From a virus (taxonomy: Duplodnaviria; Heunggongvirae; Uroviricota; Caudoviricetes): a DNA stretch of 13,938 bases. Shown in pieces: positions 1 through 8,738 of the stretch; position 1 is the first letter of the stretch; each line of letters opens with the position of its first letter. The notes under the pieces are model-generated. The model was not told where the DNA came from and did not search any database. It was given only the letters and a program-made list of their open reading frames with translations. The stretch is taken from positions 1 to 13,938 of the IMG/VR virus record IMGVR_UViG_2695420793_000015; one strand, written 5' to 3'. The translations under genes were made by a program, and so were the position numbers.

Positions 1-270
1 ATGAAAGAGCTTGAGTTAAAGAAACCGATTATCGCTCATGGTGAGACACTCTCCGTACTGGAGTTTGATGAACCCACCGGGAAGGATGTCCGCGAGCTGG
101 GGTATCCCTACCAGATGAATCAGGATGAGTCCGTCAGACTTCTGGCGCATGTGGTGTCGAAATACATTGTGCGGCTGGCGAAAGTGCCGCAAAGCTCTGT
201 CGACCAGATGTCTCCGGCAGACCTGAATGCAGCGGCGTGGCTTGTGGCTGGTTTTTTCCTCCAGGCCTGA
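1..270 (+). CDS. Phage tail assembly chaperone (Mu gp41 / P2 gpE-like); may be 5'-truncated by the window edge
   Basis: Small ORF immediately upstream of the tape measure gene, with a second ORF overlapping its 3' end in the -1 frame. This is the conserved chaperone position in tailed phages. Confidence 0.6.
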   Translation: MKELELKKPIIAHGETLSVLEFDEPTGKDVRELGYPYQMNQDESVRLLAHVVSKYIVRLAKVPQSSVDQMSPADLNAAAWLVAGFFLQA

Positions 271-419
271 CGGCTGAATACCTCACTGATCGCTTCTTTG
301 ACTGCGCCAGCTACTGGCGCATTAATCCCTTCGAATTGCTGAATATGCCGATCAGTGAAATTCCCTTGCTGGTCAGTCAGGCAAACAGGATAGAGCAGGA
401 GAAACGCACACATGGCTGA
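1..419 (+). CDS. Predicted frameshift-extended tail assembly chaperone (G-T-like fusion via -1 shift near 252-258)
   Basis: Joining frame 1 (1..258) to frame 3 (to 419) would give ...VAGFF-PPGLTAEYLTDRFFDCASYWRINPFELLNMPISEIPLLVSQANRIEQEKRTHG. The arrangement is conserved upstream of tape measure genes. Confidence 0.4.
252..258 (+). other. Putative -1 programmed ribosomal frameshift slippery heptamer T_TTT_TTC
   Basis: In the frame of ORF 1..270, codons GGT-TTT-TTC place TTTTTTC in the X_XXY_YYZ register. The -1 frame (ORF 237..419) stays open from here to the TGA at 417-419, which overlaps the tape measure ATG at 412. Confidence 0.5.
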
Positions 420-2244
420 ATTTGAGCTTAAGGCGTTGATCACCGGTGTCGACAGGCTTTCTCCCGCGCTGTCGAAAATGCAAAAGAAAATCCGGGGATT
501 TAAACGCCAGGCGGAAGAGGCGTCACAGGGTGGGCTGGCGCTTGGTGGCGGACTGGCAGCGGGGCTGACGCTTTCCCTGAAATCTTATGCCGATCAGGAA
601 AACGCCGCTACCGGGCTGAAAGTCGCCATGATGGATGCGAACGGCGAGGTTGGAAAGAGCTTTCAGGACATCAATAAACTGGCTATTGGCCTGGGTAACC
701 AGCTACCCGGTACAACGGCTGATTTCCAGAACATGATGCAGATGCTGGTGCGTCAGGGGATCCCGGCAGAAAACATTCTGGGTGGTGTGGGTAAAGCGAC
801 AGCTTATCTTGCGGTACAACTGAAAAAAACACCGGAAGCGGCTGCCGAGTTTGCTGCAAAGATGCAGGATGCTACCGGAACGGCGTCAGAAGACATGATG
901 GGGCTGTTCGACACTATCCAGAAGGCGTTTTATCTGGGCGTTGACGATACCAACATGTTGTCCTTCTTCACTAAAACCAGTTCTGTTCTGAAGATGGTGA
1001 ACAAGGATGGTCTTCAGGCTGCACAGAGCCTTGCCCCCATCAGCGTCATGATGGATCAGATGGGGATGAACGGGGAGTCGGCAGGTAATGCCCTGCGAAA
1101 AGTTATCCAGTCCGGATTAAGCGTTAAGAAAATCAGGGACGTTAATAAAGTTATGGCCCGCCAGAAACTCGGGGTACAGCTCGATTTTACTGACGGCAAA
1201 GGAAGTTTTGGCGGTCTTGATAACATGTTCAGGCAACTGGCAAAGCTGCGAAAACTGACCGACGTTAAGCGAACCGGTGTACTTAAGGCAATATTTGGTG
1301 ATGATGCCGAAACCCTTCAGGTGGTCAATGCACTAATCGATAAAGGAAAGGATGGCTACGATCAGATCCAGCAGAAGATGCATAAACAGGCCAGCCTGAA
1401 TAAACGTGTTCAGGCACAGCTTGGTACGCTGTCCAACCTGTGGGAGGCAATGACAGGGACCGCAACTAACGGCCTTGCGGCTATTGGCGGCGCATTTTCT
1501 GGTGACGCTAAAAATATCACACAATGGCTGGGGGAGTTGGGGGAGAAATTCACGAAGTTTGCGGATGAAAATCCCCGGGTTATTCGCGGCGTCGTCGGGC
1601 TTGCTGCCGGTCTTGCGATTCTGAAACTGGGATTGATGGGCGTGGGCAGTGCCATCAGTATTGTCAGCAGGATTATGTCGATGACGCCGATTGGCATGAT
1701 TGCGACGGCGATTGCTCTGGCTGCGGGATTAATTATCACTAACTGGGATGTTGTCGGACCTTATTTCAAGAAGCTCTGGGAAACCATTGGTCCTTATTTT
1801 GAGGCAGGTTGGGAACTTCTGAAGAAGGTTTTTGCCTGGTCGCCGCTGGGGATGGTGATCAATAACTGGGGACCGGTTGTTAAGTGGTTTCAGGATATGT
1901 GGGACAAGCTGAAGCCAATTATTGAGTGGTTTACCGACAGTTCCGGTGACACGGTCGATGCCATTAACTCTGCGCAGTGGGGCGCGGGTGCTTATGATGC
2001 TTATGGGACGGGAATACCGGCGCGGGGATACACACCTTATCCGGCGGTGGATCCGGCTCAGGCAAACAACGCCTCCGGTGCCACAGGCCCGAATCCCTTC
2101 ATGATTAATAAAGCTACCGCGCCAAAAGTTGATGGTGAGATCAAGGTATCATTTATAAATATGCCATCAGGTATGCGGGTTACGGAAACACGCTCCAGTG
2201 GCATTGATATAAATCACGATGTTGGCTATACCCGATTTTGGTAG
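412..2244 (+). CDS. Phage tail tape measure protein
   Basis: 610-aa ORF with an Ala/Gly/Met/Gln-rich central region, hydrophobic segments and a C-terminal Trp-rich repeat region (GPYFKKLWETIGPYFEAGWELL...). It follows the chaperone/frameshift pair and precedes the baseplate genes. Confidence 0.9.
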   Translation: MAEFELKALITGVDRLSPALSKMQKKIRGFKRQAEEASQGGLALGGGLAAGLTLSLKSYADQENAATGLKVAMMDANGEVGKSFQDINKLAIGLGNQLPGTTADFQNMMQMLVRQGIPAENILGGVGKATAYLAVQLKKTPEAAAEFAAKMQDATGTASEDMMGLFDTIQKAFYLGVDDTNMLSFFTKTSSVLKMVNKDGLQAAQSLAPISVMMDQMGMNGESAGNALRKVIQSGLSVKKIRDVNKVMARQKLGVQLDFTDGKGSFGGLDNMFRQLAKLRKLTDVKRTGVLKAIFGDDAETLQVVNALIDKGKDGYDQIQQKMHKQASLNKRVQAQLGTLSNLWEAMTGTATNGLAAIGGAFSGDAKNITQWLGELGEKFTKFADENPRVIRGVVGLAAGLAILKLGLMGVGSAISIVSRIMSMTPIGMIATAIALAAGLIITNWDVVGPYFKKLWETIGPYFEAGWELLKKVFAWSPLGMVINNWGPVVKWFQDMWDKLKPIIEWFTDSSGDTVDAINSAQWGAGAYDAYGTGIPARGYTPYPAVDPAQANNASGATGPNPFMINKATAPKVDGEIKVSFINMPSGMRVTETRSSGIDINHDVGYTRFW

Positions 2245-2272
2245 CCAGGATTCCCCTCACAGGTATTGCTGG

Positions 2273-2300
2273 TTGTAAGTCATAAATAGAGTGATAGAAT
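2273..2300 (+). promoter_or_regulatory. Putative sigma70 promoter for the moron gene (-35 TTGTAA, 16-bp spacer, -10 TAGAAT)
   Basis: TTGTAA at 2273-2278 and TAGAAT at 2295-2300, in the AT-rich gap between the tape measure stop and the 2336 ATG. Identified by eye only. Confidence 0.25.
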
Positions 2301-2335
2301 TAATGCACATTTAGAAAAATGTTAATAGGCGAAAA

Positions 2336-2866
2336 ATGAAAGGCTATATCACAGCAAGTGTAATTCTTGGAGCAGCGGCTATTTTTTCATCTCTCATAAT
2401 CTCTGGCAACATCTCCTTTAAAGATGAACATATTATTCAGTTATCTGGAGGAGCCATAAAACTTGGTGATGTTTATAAAGAAAATAAATTGATAAGTGCA
2501 AAGATTATTTTTCCAGATAATCAGGGTGAACAGATTCTTGTTGTCGACGGCAATCCTGAAAACTTTAAGGAGGATTTTCAGGAGAAATTAAATAAAGTAA
2601 TAAAAACTTTAAATGCGTCAAAGAAAAAAGATGAAGAGAAAGTTAGCCTGGATAATTTAAGTGTTATTGAAGAGTCTAAACTAGAGCTCGTTTCTGCGGT
2701 GCGTTACTCTGCTCAGTATGTTCCTATGTTTACTCTGACGCTGGACAAAAAAGAAATTACCATGCCTAAAAATACGGTAATATTTCCATTTGCCAGCGAT
2801 GAAACAGCTAAGTATTTAAATGAACAACAGCAAAAGTATAAAGATTCGTTGTTTCTGACTCGCTAA
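2336..2866 (+). CDS. Hypothetical membrane-anchored or secreted protein encoded by a low-GC moron; function unknown
   Basis: 176-aa ORF with an N-terminal hydrophobic segment (ITASVILGAAAIFSSLIISG) and a Lys/Glu/Asn-rich remainder. Its AT-rich composition contrasts sharply with the GC-rich tail genes on both sides, and it is bracketed by a promoter-like sequence and a strong intrinsic terminator. Confidence 0.7.
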   Translation: MKGYITASVILGAAAIFSSLIISGNISFKDEHIIQLSGGAIKLGDVYKENKLISAKIIFPDNQGEQILVVDGNPENFKEDFQEKLNKVIKTLNASKKKDEEKVSLDNLSVIEESKLELVSAVRYSAQYVPMFTLTLDKKEITMPKNTVIFPFASDETAKYLNEQQQKYKDSLFLTR

Positions 2867-2886
2867 TTAATAAAATTCATTACAAG

Positions 2887-2912
2887 GCCACCTTCTAATA
2901 GGTGGCTTTTTT
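2887..2912 (+). terminator. Rho-independent terminator downstream of the moron gene
   Basis: Stem GCCACCT (2887-2893), loop TCTAAT, stem AGGTGGC (2900-2906), then TTTTTT (2907-2912). Confidence 0.7.
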
Positions 2913-2921
2913 ATTTTCGGA

Positions 2922-4256
2922 GTGTATATGACGTGGAAAGACAGGCTTCAGGATGCGTCATTTCGAGGTGTGCCGTTTAAGGTTGAAGAAGAAAGTGCGG
3001 GAACCGGTCGCCGTGTGGAAACACATGAATACCCGAACCGCGACAAGCCCTATACCGAAGATCTGGGAAAAGTCACTTTCCGCCCGTCCATCACAGCTTA
3101 TGTGGTGGGAGATGACTGCTTTGACCAGCGCGATCGCCTGATTGAAGCGCTGAATAAACCCGGTCCCGGCACGCTTGTCCACCCGACATATGGTGAGCTG
3201 AAAGTCTGTGTTGACGGGGAAGTTCGGGTCAGCACATCGAAAAGTGAAGGGCGTATTGTCCGCTTTGACCTGAAGTTTGTCGAAGCAGGAGAACTCTCTT
3301 ACCCCACATCAGGTGCGGCGACGGCGCAGACGCTGATGTCATCCTGTTCTGCACTGGATGACAGCATCAGTGACAGCTTCAGTGGTTTCAGTATCGATGG
3401 TGTGGCGGATTTCGTGCAGAACGACGTTATCGGTAATGCCAGCATAATGCTGGGGTATGTTTCTGATGCGATGAAAGTGGTGGATTCTGCCGTATCGGAT
3501 GCCGCCAGGCTGTTGCAGGGGGATATCTCGGTACTTCTGCCGCCGCCATCGTCAGGCAAAAATTTCGTTGAGCAGGTGCAGAAAATGTGGCGTACCGGGA
3601 AACGCCTTTATGGTAACGCCAGCGACCTGGTCACCATGATCAAAACGCTTTCCGGTGTCAGCCTCGGCAGCGATCTGCAACCGCGCGGCGTCTGGAAAAC
3701 GGACAGTAAAACCACCGCCACGGCTACGCAGCAGCGTAATGTGGTTGCCAGCACCCTTCGTACGACCGCAATCAGCGAAGCGGCGTATGCCATCACCCGA
3801 TTGCCTGCGCCAACAACTTCCGCGGTGATGCAGAATTCCGCAGTGGGGCAGGCAACAACACCTGCGCAGAGCACTGGCTGGCCTTCCGTTACGCATCCGG
3901 CACTGAACAATGCACCGGCGGTGAAAAACACGGTTGACCTGCCGACGTGGGAAGAACTGACTGACATTCGCGACACACTGAATACGGCAATTGATAAGGA
4001 GTTGTCCCGTACAACCAGTGATGCGCTGTTTCTGGCGCTGCGCCGGGTGAAAGCAGATCTGAATGCGGATATCAACACGCGCCTTGAACAGTCTGCACGG
4101 ATCATTCAGCGCACACCGGATGAGGTTTTACCCGCGCTGGTGCTGGCGGCGACCTGGTTTGATAACGCGGCGCGTGACGCGGACATTATCCGGCGTAATG
4201 CCATTACGCATCCCGGCTTTGTGCCGGTGATCCCTCTGAAGGTGCCAGTGCAATGA
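2922..4256 (+). CDS. Phage DNA circulation protein (Mu gpN-like); true start probably ATG at 2928
   Basis: 444-aa ORF in the position between tape measure and baseplate hub, as in Mu-type tail modules. The N-terminal region resembles the DNA-circulation family. GGAG lies 5 nt before the 2928 ATG, and the 3' end overlaps the next gene (ATGA). Confidence 0.75.
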   Translation: MYMTWKDRLQDASFRGVPFKVEEESAGTGRRVETHEYPNRDKPYTEDLGKVTFRPSITAYVVGDDCFDQRDRLIEALNKPGPGTLVHPTYGELKVCVDGEVRVSTSKSEGRIVRFDLKFVEAGELSYPTSGAATAQTLMSSCSALDDSISDSFSGFSIDGVADFVQNDVIGNASIMLGYVSDAMKVVDSAVSDAARLLQGDISVLLPPPSSGKNFVEQVQKMWRTGKRLYGNASDLVTMIKTLSGVSLGSDLQPRGVWKTDSKTTATATQQRNVVASTLRTTAISEAAYAITRLPAPTTSAVMQNSAVGQATTPAQSTGWPSVTHPALNNAPAVKNTVDLPTWEELTDIRDTLNTAIDKELSRTTSDALFLALRRVKADLNADINTRLEQSARIIQRTPDEVLPALVLAATWFDNAARDADIIRRNAITHPGFVPVIPLKVPVQ

Positions 4257-5332
4257 ACGACAATGTCACGCTACGGGTAAATGGCCGGGAGTGGAATGGC
4301 TGGACATCGGTACGCATCGGTGCCGGTATTGAACGGCTGGCGCGGGATTTCAGTGTGGAGATCACCCGACAGTGGCCGGGAGATGAGGGTATCACCACGC
4401 TTCAGCCGCGCATTAAAAACGGTTCAAAAGTGGAGGTGCTGATTGGTGATGAGCTGGTGATCACCGGCTGGGTGGAGGCGACGCCCGTTCGTTACGATGC
4501 CCGTTCGGTCAGCACCGGTATTGCCGGACGCAGTCTGACCGCTGACCTGATTGACTGTGCAGCCGAACCGACACAGTTTAACGGACGATCGCTGGTACAG
4601 ATTGCGCAGGCGCTTGCTGCGCCTTTCGGCATTGAGGTGGTGAACAACAGTGCGCCGTCGGGTGTTATTCCTGATGTCCAGCCTGATCACGGCGAAACGG
4701 TGATTGAGGTGATCAACAAAATACTCGGTCAGCAGCAGGCACTGGCTTACGACGACCCGCACGGCAGGCTGGTGATTGGCGGTATTGGCTCAACGCGGGC
4801 ACATACCGCGCTGGTACTTGGGGAAAATATCCTTTCCTGTGATACGGAGAAGAGTATCCGGGAGCGGTTTTCTGTTTACCAGGTGGCGGGGCAGCGTGCC
4901 GGAAACGACGATGATTTCGGTGAGGCCACCACCACCGCGCTGCGGGCCCGCACAGAGGACGCATTTATTGCCCGTTACCGTCCGATGTATATCAGGCAGA
5001 CAGGGCAGGCTACGGGGGCAGGCTGTATTGCCCGTGCGGACTTTGAAGCCCGACAACGGGCGGCGCGGACGGATGAAACCACCTATGTGGTTCAGGGCTG
5101 GCGACAGGGTAACGGTACGCTGTGGCAGCCCAACCAGCGGGTGATTGTCTTCGATCCGGTCTGTGGTTTCGACAATACCGAACTGCTTGTCTCGGAAGTC
5201 ACGTTTACTCAGGACCAGAACGGCACCCTGACGGAAATCCGTGTCGGCCCGCCTGATGCTTATCTGCCTGAACCTGAAGCCCCCGGCGCGCGGAAAAAGA
5301 AAAAAGCCAGAGTACAGGAGGACCCGTTCTGA
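4253..5332 (+). CDS. Baseplate hub protein (Mu gpP/gp44-like, P2 gpD-like)
   Basis: 359-aa ORF, translationally coupled on both sides, in the conserved position after the DNA circulation gene. Confidence 0.75.
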   Translation: MNDNVTLRVNGREWNGWTSVRIGAGIERLARDFSVEITRQWPGDEGITTLQPRIKNGSKVEVLIGDELVITGWVEATPVRYDARSVSTGIAGRSLTADLIDCAAEPTQFNGRSLVQIAQALAAPFGIEVVNNSAPSGVIPDVQPDHGETVIEVINKILGQQQALAYDDPHGRLVIGGIGSTRAHTALVLGENILSCDTEKSIRERFSVYQVAGQRAGNDDDFGEATTTALRARTEDAFIARYRPMYIRQTGQATGAGCIARADFEARQRAARTDETTYVVQGWRQGNGTLWQPNQRVIVFDPVCGFDNTELLVSEVTFTQDQNGTLTEIRVGPPDAYLPEPEAPGARKKKKARVQEDPF

Positions 5333-5880
5333 TGAGGACGATTGAAGCCATGCAGCGACAACTCCTCGGCCTGATTGGGCGGGCGGTGGTGAAAAGCATC
5401 AGTGCCGCCACGAAATGTCAGACCGTGGATGTGTCCCTGATTGCCGGTGAACCCAAAGCCGGGGTTGAACATCTTGAACCCTACGGTTTTACCGCAAGGG
5501 CAAACAGCGGTGCGGAAGCGGTGGTGTTGTTTCCGGATGGCGACCGTTCTCATGCGGTGGTTGTTACGGTGTCGGACCGTCGCTACCGCCTGAAAGGGCT
5601 GCAAACGGGGGAGGTGGCTGTCTATGACGATCAGGGGCAGTCCGTGACGCTGACCCGGGAGGGGATCGTGGTGGACGGTGCAGGTAAAACGATCACGTTT
5701 CGCAATGCGCCCAGAGCACGTTTTGAAATGGACCTGGAAGTGACCGGACAGGTGAAAGACCTGTGCGACTCCGGCGGCACCACCATGTCAGCGATGCGGC
5801 TTGCCTATAACGGGCATCGTCACAGAGAGAACGGTCAGGGCAGTAACACCGACAAACCTGATAAAGCGATGGAGGCATGA
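5332..5880 (+). CDS. Baseplate assembly / spike protein V (Mu gp45-like)
   Basis: 182-aa ORF whose sequence (…VVLFPDGDRSHAVVV…GEVAVYDDQGQSVTLTREGIVVDGAGKTITF…) fits the gpV spike family. Stop and start overlap (TGATG). Confidence 0.8.
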   Translation: MRTIEAMQRQLLGLIGRAVVKSISAATKCQTVDVSLIAGEPKAGVEHLEPYGFTARANSGAEAVVLFPDGDRSHAVVVTVSDRRYRLKGLQTGEVAVYDDQGQSVTLTREGIVVDGAGKTITFRNAPRARFEMDLEVTGQVKDLCDSGGTTMSAMRLAYNGHRHRENGQGSNTDKPDKAMEA

Positions 5881-6305
5881 TGGAACTGTGGCTGACGGTG
5901 AACGGTAAACGCACCTGCGCCAGCGCACCGCTGGATCCGCTGACCCGCGCCGTGGTGATTTCCCTGTTTACCTGGCGGCGGGCGGAGCCTGATGACAACG
6001 CCGACGTCCCGATGGGATGGTGGGGGGATACCTGGCCTGCGGTACCGAATGACCGTTACGGCTCCCGACTGTGGCTGCTTCAGCGCAGCAAACTGACCAA
6101 TCAGCTGGTGCAGACGGTAAGGGGGTATATCCGCGAATGCCTGCAATGGATGATTGATGACGGCGTGGTGTCCCGTATTGATCTGGATATCCGCCGCACC
6201 GGGATTAATGAACTGGGTAACAGTATCACTCTCTGGCGTCGTGACGGACCGGTAATGATTTCTTTTGATGATCTGTGGAGTGCGATAACGCATGGCGGAC
6301 AGTGA
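5877..6305 (+). CDS. Baseplate protein (Mu gp46-like, P2 gpW-like)
   Basis: 142-aa ORF coupled to its neighbours (ATGATG overlap), in the conserved position between the spike and J-like genes. Confidence 0.7.
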   Translation: MMELWLTVNGKRTCASAPLDPLTRAVVISLFTWRRAEPDDNADVPMGWWGDTWPAVPNDRYGSRLWLLQRSKLTNQLVQTVRGYIRECLQWMIDDGVVSRIDLDIRRTGINELGNSITLWRRDGPVMISFDDLWSAITHGGQ

Positions 6306-7350
6306 ATTTCAGCGCCCGACGCTGGCAGAAAATATCAGTATGCTCCGTAACGATTTATTCGCCAGGCTGGACGTCAGCGACACGCTCCGGCGCATGGATG
6401 AAGACGTGCGGGCAAAGGTGTATGCGGCGGCGCTGCATACGGTTTACGGGTACATCGATTATCTGGCAATGAACATGCTGCCTGACCTGTGCGATGAGTC
6501 CTGGCTGGCGCGACATGCTGCGATGAAACGGTGTCCGCGCAAGGGGGCCACGGCTGCCAGCGGGTATATGCGCTGGGAAGGTGTCAGCGATGGCCTGAAG
6601 GTGACTGCCGGGAGCGTGATTCAGCGCGATGACCTGGTTCAGTACACGGCAACTGCCGATGCAACCAGCTCCGGTGGTGTCCTGCGTGTGCCGATCACTT
6701 GCTCAACTACAGGCGCGGTCGGTAACGCTGACGACGGTACGGCATTAATCCTGGTCACGCCGGTGAATGGTCTGCCGTCTTCCGGTGTGGCTGACACCCT
6801 TACAGGCGGATTTGATACTGAAGAGCTGGAAACGTGGCGCGCCCGCGTCATTGAGCGGTATTACTGGACGCCTCAGGGCGGGGCTGACGGGGACTATGTC
6901 GTCTGGGCTAAAGAAGTGCCCGGCATTACCCGCGCATGGACATACCGACACTGGATGGGAACGGGGACTGTCGGTGTGATGATTGCCAGCAGTGACCTGA
7001 TTAATCCCATTCCGGAAGAATCAACGGAAACGGCGGCAAGACAACATATCGAGCCACTGGCCCCGGTGGCAGGCTCTGATTTGTATGTGTTCAGGCCGGT
7101 GGCACATACGGTGGATTTTCATATCCGTGTGACGCCGGACACACCGGAAATACGGGCTGCAATCACCGCGGAGTTGCGTTCGTTCCTGCTGCGTGATGGT
7201 TATCCGCAGGGAGAACTGAAGGTGTCACGTATCAGTGAAGCGATTTCCGGTGCGAACGGGGAATACAGCCATCAGTTGCTTGCACCGGCGGACAATATCT
7301 CCATTGCAAAAAATGAACTGGCGGTTCTGGGGACGATTTCATGGACGTGA
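6292..7350 (+). CDS. Baseplate J-like protein (Mu gp47-like)
   Basis: 352-aa ORF of typical baseplate-J size, in the conserved position, overlapping both neighbours. Confidence 0.8.
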   Translation: MADSEFQRPTLAENISMLRNDLFARLDVSDTLRRMDEDVRAKVYAAALHTVYGYIDYLAMNMLPDLCDESWLARHAAMKRCPRKGATAASGYMRWEGVSDGLKVTAGSVIQRDDLVQYTATADATSSGGVLRVPITCSTTGAVGNADDGTALILVTPVNGLPSSGVADTLTGGFDTEELETWRARVIERYYWTPQGGADGDYVVWAKEVPGITRAWTYRHWMGTGTVGVMIASSDLINPIPEESTETAARQHIEPLAPVAGSDLYVFRPVAHTVDFHIRVTPDTPEIRAAITAELRSFLLRDGYPQGELKVSRISEAISGANGEYSHQLLAPADNISIAKNELAVLGTISWT

Positions 7351-7925
7351 CAAACGATGATTACATCCGTCTGTTGTCGGCACTGCTGCCGCCCGGTCCG
7401 GCGTGGTCAGCCAGCGATCCGGCGATTGCAGGTGCGGCACCGTCATTAACCCGTGTTCATCAGCGTGCGGATGCCCTGATGCGGGAGCTGGATCCGCGCA
7501 CCACCACTGAACTGATAAACCGCTGGGAGCGTCTGTGCGGTCTGCCGGATGAATGTATTCCCGCAGGGACACAGACCCTTCGCCAGCGTCAGCAACGGCT
7601 GGATGCGAAGGTTAATCTGGCGGGCGGCATCAATGAGGATTTTTACCTTGCACAGCTTGCTGCCCTGGGCAGACCAGATGCCGCCATCACGCGATACGAC
7701 AAAAGCACGTTCACCTGCTCATCGGCCTGTACTGACGCTGTGAATGCGCCGGAATGGCGGTATTACTGGCAGGTCAACATGCCAGCCGCCACCAACACCA
7801 CCTGGATGACATGTGGCGATCCCTGTGATTCCGCACTGCGTATCTGGGGCGACACCGTTGTCGAGTGCGTGCTTAACAAACTCTGCCCTTCGCATACCTA
7901 CGTAATTTTTAAATATCCGGAGTAA
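7341..7925 (+). CDS. Tail protein, Mu gp48-like / P2 gpI-like (DUF2313-type)
   Basis: 194-aa ORF directly upstream of the tail fibre gene, translationally coupled to the J-like gene. Confidence 0.7.
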   Translation: MDVTNDDYIRLLSALLPPGPAWSASDPAIAGAAPSLTRVHQRADALMRELDPRTTTELINRWERLCGLPDECIPAGTQTLRQRQQRLDAKVNLAGGINEDFYLAQLAALGRPDAAITRYDKSTFTCSSACTDAVNAPEWRYYWQVNMPAATNTTWMTCGDPCDSALRIWGDTVVECVLNKLCPSHTYVIFKYPE

Positions 7926-7928
7926 TCC

Positions 7929-8738
7929 ATGCATCGTATAGACACGAAAACCGCGCAGAAGGATAAGTTCGGCGCGGGTAAGAACGGTTTTACCCGTGGT
8001 AACCCCCAGACCGGCACACCTGCCACCGATCTGGATGATGACTACTTTGACATGTTGCAGGAAGAACTTTGTAGCGTGGTGGAGGCCTCCGGTGCCAGCC
8101 TGGAGAAAGGGCGGCATGACCAGCTGCTTACCGCACTTCGTGCGCTGCTGTTAAGCCGCAAGAATCCGTTTGGCGATATCAAATCGGATGGCACTGTGCA
8201 AACGGCTCTCGAAAACCTTCGTTTGGGGGCAGGCGCTCCAGCTATCGGAATTCCGTTCTTCTGGCCGTCCACAGCGATGCCAAATACAGTGATAGATGAG
8301 TGGTCAGATATGGTGTTTCTGAAATTCAACGGTGCGACATTTTCGGCAACAACTTATCCGAAGCTGGCGAAGGTGATCCCCAGCTTGACGCTAACCGAAG
8401 CTCGTGGTGAGTTTCCGCGTATTTGGGATGATGGGCGAGGTGTAGATGTCGGGCGCGCACTAATGAGCGCACAGGGTGATGCTATGAGAAATATCTCTGG
8501 AACAGTTCGGCTAGCATCCAACTCATATAATCAAAATACAGCAAGGCAAATGACGGGGGCATTTGGATGGAGTGACTCATCGGCTGGAGATGTTACTAAT
8601 TTTTCACTTACAGCTGCATCAAACACATCTAACTATAAAAATGGGGGGTTTACATTTGATTCTTCAACACAGGTTCCAACGGCCTTGGAGAATCGACCGA
8701 GAAACATTGCTTTTAACTTTCTTGTAAGGGCTAAATAA
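7929..8738 (+). CDS. Tail fibre protein (Mu S-like): constant N-terminal part plus the currently expressed variable C-terminal cassette
   Basis: 269-aa ORF with a conserved tail-fibre N-terminus (…[38 protein letters not shown]…) and a Ser/Thr/Asn/Gly-rich C-terminus. GGAG precedes the ATG. A recombination site lies inside the gene at 8206-8231. Confidence 0.85.
   Translation: MHRIDTKTAQKDKFGAGKNGFTRGNPQTGTPATDLDDDYFDMLQEELCSVVEASGASLEKGRHDQLLTALRALLLSRKNPFGDIKSDGTVQTALENLRLGAGAPAIGIPFFWPSTAMPNTVIDEWSDMVFLKFNGATFSATTYPKLAKVIPSLTLTEARGEFPRIWDDGRGVDVGRALMSAQGDAMRNISGTVRLASNSYNQNTARQMTGAFGWSDSSAGDVTNFSLTAASNTSNYKNGGFTFDSSTQVPTALENRPRNIAFNFLVRAK
8206..8231. repeat. Putative left crossover site of the invertible segment (hix/gix-like 12-2-12: CTCTCGAAAACC-TT-CGTTTGGGGGCA)
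   Basis: The half-site TCTCGAAAACC closely resembles Hin/Gin half-sites (TTCTTGAAAACC / TTCCTGTAAACC). The central TT occupies codon positions 2-3 of the stf frame, the same register as in the partner site. Confidence 0.55.

Noticed and set aside
120-443. Minus-strand 107-aa ORF overlapping the chaperone and frameshift region
   Set aside because: Lies entirely antisense to the conserved chaperone/frameshift ORFs and has no ribosome-binding site context. It looks like a chance open frame in GC-rich coding sequence.
1333-2104. Small ORFs inside the tape measure gene (1333..1524 -, 1410..1739 -, 1922..2104 +)
   Set aside because: Nested within or antisense to a well-supported 610-aa tape measure ORF. 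Their composition (Pro/Ala/Arg-rich) is typical of spurious frames in GC-rich DNA.
2953-7743. About 20 short overlapping or antisense ORFs across the baseplate module (for example 3608..4105 -, 4424..4762 -, 5260..5604 -, 5835..6293 -, 6639..6979, 7339..7743)
   Set aside because: All overlap the contiguous, translationally coupled plus-strand baseplate genes and have Arg/Pro/Cys-rich translations characteristic of off-frame reading of GC-rich coding DNA.
7719-8329. Minus-strand ORFs 7719..8117 and 8042..8329 antisense to the gp48-like and tail fibre genes
   Set aside because: Antisense to strongly supported genes, with no independent signals.
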